Both the position numbers and the translations under genes were made by a program. From an uncultured Spirochaetaceae bacterium (lineage in GTDB: Bacteria; Spirochaetota; Spirochaetia; Sphaerochaetales; Sphaerochaetaceae): a DNA stretch of 64,000 bases. The notes below the pieces were generated by a model, which was not told where the DNA came from, searched no databases, and worked only from the letters and a program-made list of their open reading frames with translations. This document shows, piece by piece, positions 58,040-64,000 of the stretch (position 1 is the first letter of the stretch; every line of letters begins with the position of its first letter). The stretch spans positions 67,180 to 131,179 of the forward strand of contig CAMDZB010000001.1 of assembly GCA_945910645.1 (NCBI GenBank). Direction: 5' to 3'.

Positions 58040-59238
58040 ATATAAGCGATTGGAATCGAATACACGTCTCTCCTCATTGGCATAAAGGTGCTGGTGAGTG
58101 AGAGAATAGCTCCTTTCCCACGTTTATTATCAGGAATCAAGCTAAAGTTTTTAGTCATATCAAGTGTAGGTGATGCGGTCTGTTTTATCTCAATAGGGTA
58201 TGCCTTTCCATTGTCTTCAATAATCAGGTCTATCTCCTGCCCGTTTGATGTTCTAAGATAGTAGATGTTAGGCGTTTTGCCGTTATGAATGTAACTTTTG
58301 ATAATCTCAGAGACAGCATAGGTTTCAACAAATGCGCCTGAAAGGTAACTCTCGGATAGCGTGTTTCCATCCTTGATTGAACAGAGATATGAGGCAAGTC
58401 CTGTGTCCATAAAGTAGATCTTTGGAGCCTTGATTAGCCTCTTTCCAATGTTGCTCTCAAAATACGGCGGTAGAATGTATATGATGTTGAGTGTCTGTAG
58501 GATGCTTATCCAGTTCTTAACTGTGTTTGGAGAGATGCCAAGGTCGCTCGATAGGTCAGTATAGTTTATGAGCTGACCTGTTCTTGTTGCAAGGATTTTT
58601 AGAAAGTTCTTAAATGTCAATTCATTTGATATACGGCTAATGTCGTTGATGTCTCGCATGAGGTATGTGTCGATGTACGATTTGTAGTATAGTTCCCAGT
58701 CCGTGCTAGTGCTAAATAGCTGTGGATAAGAGCCTTTTTGTATTATGCTAAACATCTCAGAAGTGGTGTAGGAGTTCCTATTTGTGTCCAAGGGTAGATC
58801 TGGTGTAAATGCACCTCTTTTGGGATCACTCTGTTTTTCGCTTTGCGATAACCCTTGTAGGTCAAGCACAGCAACTCTTCCTGCCAAGCTATCAGATACA
58901 TTCTGCATTAGTGAAAATTTTTGAGATCCTGTAAGCCAGAAATCACCGCACTTATTGGATTTATCAACAATCATTTTGATGCGTAGGAAGATCTCAGGTG
59001 CCTTTTGTACCTCATCGATTAGTAGAGGTGGATGGTACTTTTCAAAGAACAGATCAGGATCCTCTTTGACAAGAGAAAGTATGTTTGTATCATCAAGAGT
59101 AACTCGTGTACGGTTAGGTTCAGAGAGTCTCTCTAAAAGTGTTGATTTGCCAGTTTGTCGGGGTCCTGTGAGTAAGATGACCTTAAAGTTTTTTGATGAT
59201 TCCTTAATTACTGATGATAGTGTTCGCTCGTAGTACAT
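58036..59238 (-). CDS. AAA-family ATPase with a DUF4143-type C-terminal domain (paralogue of 34681..35904)
   Basis: The Walker A motif is GPRQTGKST and the Walker B motif is LLIDEVQ. Blocks shared with the paralogue are YFMDTGLASYL, ETYAVSEIIKSY and EIDLI. Confidence 0.75.
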   Translation of the reverse strand: MYYERTLSSVIKESSKNFKVILLTGPRQTGKSTLLERLSEPNRTRVTLDDTNILSLVKEDPDLFFEKYHPPLLIDEVQKAPEIFLRIKMIVDKSNKCGDFWLTGSQKFSLMQNVSDSLAGRVAVLDLQGLSQSEKQSDPKRGAFTPDLPLDTNRNSYTTSEMFSIIQKGSYPQLFSTSTDWELYYKSYIDTYLMRDINDISRISNELTFKNFLKILATRTGQLINYTDLSSDLGISPNTVKNWISILQTLNIIYILPPYFESNIGKRLIKAPKIYFMDTGLASYLCSIKDGNTLSESYLSGAFVETYAVSEIIKSYIHNGKTPNIYYLRTSNGQEIDLIIEDNGKAYPIEIKQTASPTLDMTKNFSLIPDNKRGKGAILSLTSTFMPMRRDVYSIPIAYI

Positions 59239-59281
59239 TCTTATGTCTCCTACTTGACTATAGTGTACTCCATTTTATGTA

Positions 59282-59330
59282 AATCCGCAATTGGATTGCG
59301 GATTATCTGCAGTGGCATTGCGGATTATCT
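59282..59330. promoter_or_regulatory. Operator-like repeats upstream of the 58036..59238 ATPase gene
   Basis: The inverted repeat is AATCCGCAAT-TGG-ATTGCGGATT (59282-59304). A direct repeat, ATTGCGGATTATCT, occurs at 59295 and 59317. Confidence 0.4.
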
Positions 59331-59376
59331 CTAATCAATTTTTGTTGTAGCTAATACGATTATCACAAAAATGTAA

Positions 59377-59405
59377 AAAGGCAGGGAAAACCTGCCTTTT
59401 ATTTA
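59377..59405 (-). terminator. Hairpin terminator downstream of tRNA-Pro
   Basis: The sequence AAAAAGGCAGGGAAAACCTGCCTTTTATTT forms a GGCAGG/CCTGCC stem with flanking A and T runs. Confidence 0.7.
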
Positions 59406-59410
59406 TATAA

Positions 59411-59483
59411 TCGGACAGGGCGGATTTGAACCGCCGACCCCTTGGTCCCGAACCAAGTGCGCTAGCCCCTGCGCTACTATCCG
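59411..59483 (-). tRNA. tRNA-Pro (anticodon CGG)
   Basis: The reverse complement is CGGATAGTAGCGCAGGGGCTAGCGCACTTGGTTCGGGACCAAGGGGTCGGCGGTTCAAATCCGCCCTGTCCGA. The anticodon stem CTTGG/CCAAG carries the loop TT-CGG-GA. The T-arm is GGTTCAAATCC. Confidence 0.9.
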
Positions 59484-59598
59484 AAGCTACTACAATTCTA
59501 TAATAACAAAATGCATTTTACAATCAAGGCAGCGCTTAAATTAATATAAGTGTGATTGGAGCTAAACTTTTAAATTGTAATAATATATAATTGAGATT

Positions 59599-60966
59599 AT
59601 GTACGACGAACTAATTAGCAAACAAAGATTATTCTTTGAAAGTGGCAAAACTCTCTCTCTTGAATTCAGAAGGGAGGCACTTGATAAGCTATATAAAGCA
59701 ATACAATCCAACATGAAGGATCTTGGGGATGCCATTAAAACTGACCTTGGGAAAAGCACATTTGAAGCGGGAATGTGTGAGATACGACTAACGCTTTCTG
59801 AGATCACATACATGAAAAAGCACCTTAGGAAATTTGCAAAACCAAAGAGGGTACCAACTCCGCTTTCACACTTCTACTCAACATCAAAAGTATATGCATC
59901 GCCATACGGAGTTGTGCTTATTATGAGTCCGTGGAACTACCCACTTTTGCTGAGTCTCGAGCCGCTTGTTGATGCAATTGCTGCAGGCAACACTGCAATC
60001 ATTAAACCCTCTCTATACGCTACTTTTACATCAAATGCGATAGAAAAGTTGATCAAAGGTACGTTTAACGAGGAATATGTGAGCGTGGTAACAGGAGGCC
60101 GTGAGGAGAATAAAAACCTCCTCTTATCAAAGTTCGACTACATCTTCTTTACAGGAAGCAAAAACGTTGGAAAAGAAGTGATGCGCCGTGCAGCAGAACA
60201 CCTTACACCTGTGACTCTCGAGCTTGGTGGGAAAAGTCCATGCGTGGTGCTAAAAAATGCAAACATCAAGGCTGCTGCTCGCCGCATAGTATTTGGAAAG
60301 TACCTCAACTGCGGTCAGACCTGTGTTGCTCCAGATTATGTACTTGTGGATGAAAGTGTCAAAAACGAATTAATCGATGCTCTTAAAAAAGAGGTAAAGA
60401 CACAATTTGGAGAAAAGCCACTTGAGAATCAAGATTACGGCAAAATCATCAACAAGAAGCATTTTGATAGACTTTCAGGGCTCATCGATAAGGAGAAGGT
60501 GATCTACGGCGGAAATACATCAGAAAGCACCCTCCAGATTGAACCTACTATTATTAATAATGTTACGCTTGATGATGCAATAATGAAGGAGGAGATCTTC
60601 GGGCCACTTCTTCCAATCATCAGTGTAAAAGACGAGGATGAGGCCATAAGAATCATAAAGTCGCTTGAGCACCCACTTGCGCTTTACGTTTTCACAAGTT
60701 CCAAGAAAGACGAGAAACGCTTTATCAATACTGTTGGCTTTGGCGGAGGATGCGTAAACGACACCATAGTCCATCTTGCAACTTCCAACATGGGATTTGG
60801 CGGTTTTGGTGAAAGCGGAATGGGATCGTATCACGGCAAGAAGGGGTTCGATACATTTTCGCACTACAAGTCGATACTTAAAAAGACAACTCTCTTTGAT
60901 CTTCCTATACGTTATCAGCCATATTCATCCAAAAAAGAGAAGCTTATTAAGATGTTCCTGAGGTGA
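59599..60966 (+). CDS. Aldehyde dehydrogenase family protein (class 3-like)
   Basis: The motifs are WNYPLLL, the ELGGKSP glutamate site, the GQTCVAPDY catalytic Cys and EEIFGPLLPI. Confidence 0.88.
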   Translation: MYDELISKQRLFFESGKTLSLEFRREALDKLYKAIQSNMKDLGDAIKTDLGKSTFEAGMCEIRLTLSEITYMKKHLRKFAKPKRVPTPLSHFYSTSKVYASPYGVVLIMSPWNYPLLLSLEPLVDAIAAGNTAIIKPSLYATFTSNAIEKLIKGTFNEEYVSVVTGGREENKNLLLSKFDYIFFTGSKNVGKEVMRRAAEHLTPVTLELGGKSPCVVLKNANIKAAARRIVFGKYLNCGQTCVAPDYVLVDESVKNELIDALKKEVKTQFGEKPLENQDYGKIINKKHFDRLSGLIDKEKVIYGGNTSESTLQIEPTIINNVTLDDAIMKEEIFGPLLPIISVKDEDEAIRIIKSLEHPLALYVFTSSKKDEKRFINTVGFGGGCVNDTIVHLATSNMGFGGFGESGMGSYHGKKGFDTFSHYKSILKKTTLFDLPIRYQPYSSKKEKLIKMFLR

Positions 60967-61090
60967 TATTTGACGCTGTTTCTACAATTATATATAGGCA
61001 ATAGATAGATAGATAATAGAAAAAGAGCCTGAAAAAAGTAATTTAAAATTTATTTGACTTAATTATTAATAATGATTATTTTTTTCTATT

Positions 61091-62551
61091 ATGAAAAAAT
61101 TGGGAAAACGTACAAAATGTCGTTTTATCACAGTGGCTATTATCTTAAGTGCAGTAACAGCACCAGTTTTTGCAGCGGAGGGCGCCAGAACATTAACATT
61201 CCAGGATGCGCTTAAGCTTGCAAGAGCAAATAGTCCAGATTATAAGATAGCGGACATTACAAGAGAAGACAGTATTTTAAATTCAAATATTGCCAAGGAT
61301 TGGATACCATCATTATCGTTATCCAGTGGATTATATATGGGTACTTTGCAATCATTTGGTTACACTACAAATGCACTAACAGGTGCATCTGCAAAGCTAC
61401 CTGAGGTTACGTGGAACACAGTACCAACTCAAAGTTTAAATTTAAACCTAGGTCTCAACTTTTCACTCTCCGCAGGGAAGTTCTTTAACATTGCAAAACA
61501 GAGCGCAACAAAAGAGAGCGCAGATGCCGTATATAACAAGACAATTCAAGGGTACGATACAAGCATCTTTTCATCCTATTGGGGGCTTAAGAGTTACGAG
61601 CTTGCAGAACAGGCTGCTGAGGCATCCTACAACAGTGCAAAAAGCACGTACGACAACGTAGTTGAAAAATACAACAACGGTATGGCATCAAGCCTCGATA
61701 AGGCCAACGCAGAGCTTTCTCTTTCAAATGCAGAAGCAAGCCTTCTTAATGCAAGAACCAATGTACAGAGACAGAAAATAGCATTTAAAACAGCAATTGG
61801 ATACGACGGCCAGATGCCATTTGTGCTTGACGATGTTCCTGAGGCTGTGGTCTTGGATCTCCCTGATGCTGAAAAGCTCTATGCTGAGTATATAAACAAG
61901 AGCTACGACATCAGAATGTACAGAGCAAGCGAGGATTCAATCAAGGCAAACCTTGAGAGTGCAAAATGGACAGCATACACACCAACCATTTTATTGAATG
62001 CAAGCTATGGAATTAATCCAAAAGATAAAAACTTTATTGCAAGTGAGTATGGTGATAAATTCACACTGAGTGTAGGTGCACAAATGTCCTTAGACGGCTT
62101 TATCCCAGGCACAACAACGCATACGCAGATTAAATCATTGAGCAACAACGCAAAGATTGTATCCCTACAGCGTCAGAAGGCAGAACAGAACCTCCTTGCA
62201 AGCATCGAGGATGCTCTTGGCACACTAAAAGCGAACTACGAAAAGCTAAAGTCTGCAGAGATAACGCTTAAAACAGCAACAGAAAGCTACAACCTCACAA
62301 AGGAGTCATTCTACAACGGTAAGGTTACAATGGAGAGCTTTATGAATGCGGAAACCACACTCCTTAACGCAAAAACTGGAGTGATCTCTGCAAATATGAA
62401 CTACTTAGTTTCACAGCATACCCTTGCAACAACGCTTGGAATAACGCTTGATGAATTGCAGGCAAAATACAAGAGCACGGATACAAACGGTATTAATGTG
62501 GAAAGTGCCGTTCCTTCCGACGGGCAAAGTAACAACATTTCTAATAATTAA
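61091..62551 (+). CDS. TolC-family outer membrane efflux protein
   Basis: The product has a signal peptide and a two-repeat coiled/barrel organisation. The LTFQDALKLARANSPDYK start is typical of the family. It lies upstream of the MFP and RND genes. Confidence 0.8.
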   Translation: MKKLGKRTKCRFITVAIILSAVTAPVFAAEGARTLTFQDALKLARANSPDYKIADITREDSILNSNIAKDWIPSLSLSSGLYMGTLQSFGYTTNALTGASAKLPEVTWNTVPTQSLNLNLGLNFSLSAGKFFNIAKQSATKESADAVYNKTIQGYDTSIFSSYWGLKSYELAEQAAEASYNSAKSTYDNVVEKYNNGMASSLDKANAELSLSNAEASLLNARTNVQRQKIAFKTAIGYDGQMPFVLDDVPEAVVLDLPDAEKLYAEYINKSYDIRMYRASEDSIKANLESAKWTAYTPTILLNASYGINPKDKNFIASEYGDKFTLSVGAQMSLDGFIPGTTTHTQIKSLSNNAKIVSLQRQKAEQNLLASIEDALGTLKANYEKLKSAEITLKTATESYNLTKESFYNGKVTMESFMNAETTLLNAKTGVISANMNYLVSQHTLATTLGITLDELQAKYKSTDTNGINVESAVPSDGQSNNISNN

Positions 62552-62564
62552 TAAGGAGTAAAAT

Positions 62565-63599
62565 ATGTTTAACAAGAAAAAAAACGGGAATCAAACGAAA
62601 CAACCATCTAAATTAATAAATGAAATAAAAAAAGAATATTCTTCGGATAATGAAGTGAAAAGCGATTCTGAAAAAAAATTCTACAGAATTATGACGTTTG
62701 TTATGCTGTTTGTTACAATTGCTTTTATTATAGGGACAATTGTAAGCATGGGAATTTCATCCGCAAATAAAAAGGCCGCAGCAAAACGATTAGCTTCGTA
62801 TAAGCCCGAGGAGAGCATTCCAAACGTTTCTGTTGAAGTGGTTGCCACGGCAAGATATTTTGAAACGCTCCATATGAACGCAAGTATAAAAAGCCCGCTT
62901 GGAAGCGTAAGCATAGTGTCACCCGTAAACGGTAAGGTACTCAGTTCCTCCGTAAAACTCGGAGATAAGGTAAAAACAGGCGATATACTTGGTTATGTTG
63001 ATGCATCGGATATAGGTATGAATTACGAAAAAGCGCCTGTATACGCAAAAGCAACCGGTACGGTTACCGCAATAAATGCTTATCCGGGCAGTCCCGTATC
63101 AGCACAAACCTCCCTTTATGTTATAGTTCCGGACAGCGATTTCCTTTTAAGCGCATCAATTAGCGAAAAGAATCTTGGAGCTTTGAAAATAGGGGATATC
63201 GGGTACTTTACAACAACTGCAAACCCCGAAATTAGATTTAAGGCAAAACTAAGGTATATTGCTCCTCTTGTTGACAAAACAACAAGGACGGCTGAACTTG
63301 AGTTTGATGTAATAAGGGATGCCAACTTTGACAAATTGCGTCAGGGAATGCTTGTTTCGCTTGATGTTGAAACAGGTATTGAGAATGATGTAATAACAGT
63401 TCCGAATAACGCTATAAAAGAGTACCTTAACGACCAAACGGTATTTGTGGTTGGTAGCGATAATATAGCACATAGAACGGTTGTAACGCTTGGGCGTAAT
63501 AACGGAGAAAGAACGATAGTTGCCTCAGGATTAAGCGTTGGAGACAAGGTTGTAACAGCCGGTTCGGTGCGTGATGCTCAAAAGGTTAATATTCTTTAA
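62565..63599 (+). CDS. Efflux RND transporter periplasmic adaptor (MFP/HlyD family)
   Basis: The product has an N-terminal TM anchor, a lipoyl-like motif (GDKVKTGDILGYVD) and a beta-barrel domain. It sits between the TolC and RND genes. Confidence 0.8.
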   Translation: MFNKKKNGNQTKQPSKLINEIKKEYSSDNEVKSDSEKKFYRIMTFVMLFVTIAFIIGTIVSMGISSANKKAAAKRLASYKPEESIPNVSVEVVATARYFETLHMNASIKSPLGSVSIVSPVNGKVLSSSVKLGDKVKTGDILGYVDASDIGMNYEKAPVYAKATGTVTAINAYPGSPVSAQTSLYVIVPDSDFLLSASISEKNLGALKIGDIGYFTTTANPEIRFKAKLRYIAPLVDKTTRTAELEFDVIRDANFDKLRQGMLVSLDVETGIENDVITVPNNAIKEYLNDQTVFVVGSDNIAHRTVVTLGRNNGERTIVASGLSVGDKVVTAGSVRDAQKVNIL

Positions 63600-63617
63600 T
63601 GAATAGGTGATGACTGT

Positions 63618-64000
63618 ATGAATATATCAGAAATGTCAGTCCGTCGTCCCGTATTGATGACGATGGTTTATGTTGTTCTTATTGTAATTGCCGCTTTGTT
63701 TATTCCGCGTCTTGACCAGGCAATGTTCCCCGATATGGATATGCCGTTCCTGATGGTGTATGCGGATTGCGGTGATGCAGATCCTGAAAGTATAGAATTA
63801 CAGGTTGCAAAAACACTTGAACAGACAGTTGCAAGTGTTGAGAATCTTAATAAAATAACATCTATGTCCAGGCAAGGGGCATGCTATGTGATACTTGAGT
63901 TTAACTATGGAACAGATCTTGATACGGCCAAAAACGATGTCAGTTCTCTGCTTACTATGGTTGCAAAATATTTGCCTGATTGGGTTGATGATGTTCAAAC
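63618..64000 (+). CDS. RND (AcrB/HAE1-type) efflux permease, 5' part only
   Basis: The translation MNISEMSVRRPVLMTMVYVVLIVIAALFIPRLDQAMFPDMDMP...ITSMSRQGACYVILEF has a typical RND N-terminus. The ORF runs off the window end. Confidence 0.85.
   Translation, partial: MNISEMSVRRPVLMTMVYVVLIVIAALFIPRLDQAMFPDMDMPFLMVYADCGDADPESIELQVAKTLEQTVASVENLNKITSMSRQGACYVILEFNYGTDLDTAKNDVSSLLTMVAKYLPDWVDDVQ

Noticed and set aside
13000-64000. Sigma-54 (-24/-12, TGGCAC-N5-TTGC) promoters, given that rpoN is present.
   Set aside because: The few TGGCAC occurrences noticed (for example about 51645, about 51676 and inside vsr) lack a properly spaced TTGC and are not upstream of genes.

Overview
This 64-kb chromosomal window comes from a moderately AT-rich anaerobic bacterium. 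Gene content would fit a host-associated spirochaete such as Treponema, but that is only a guess. All calls rest on reading the translations and recalling family motifs; no search was run.

The window spans the replication-origin neighbourhood. dnaA-dnaN-recF-DUF721-rpmH-rnpA-yidC-jag run co-directionally on the minus strand. A DnaA-box cluster sits in the dnaA/dnaN spacer. Two parS sites and parB lie about 2 kb away.

The flanks are housekeeping genes:
- Translation and replication: dnaE 5' end, serS, leuS, dus and three tRNAs.
- Metabolism and regulation: pncB, tatD, gpmI, rpoN, a GltD/NuoF-like oxidoreductase with an [FeFe]-hydrogenase, and an aldehyde dehydrogenase.
- Transport: mscL, an NSS transporter and a TolC/MFP/RND efflux set.

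The only clearly accessory segment is a defence island of about 11 kb (39.97-50.9 kb) between a MATE pump gene and tRNA-Ala(CGC). It contains:
- an hsdR relic;
- a twice-frameshifted nuclease-like gene;
- a tight vsr-dcm-GHKL(MORC-like)/Ymh-like ATPase cluster followed by an HNH ORF;
- a Hachiman remnant with an intact hamA and a frameshifted, truncated hamB;
- two methyltransferase plus PD-ExK endonuclease cassettes whose endonucleases are paralogues, one riddled with stop codons.

The best candidate for an under-described system is the Dcm/Vsr-linked GHKL-Ymh ATPase plus HNH module.

Other points worth a second look:
- the solo hamA;
- the roughly 30% GC composition of the dnaA block compared with roughly 45% in the flanks;
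- a GC-rich degenerate repeat array at 51.6-52.1 kb;
- a parS site embedded in a perfect 28-bp palindrome.
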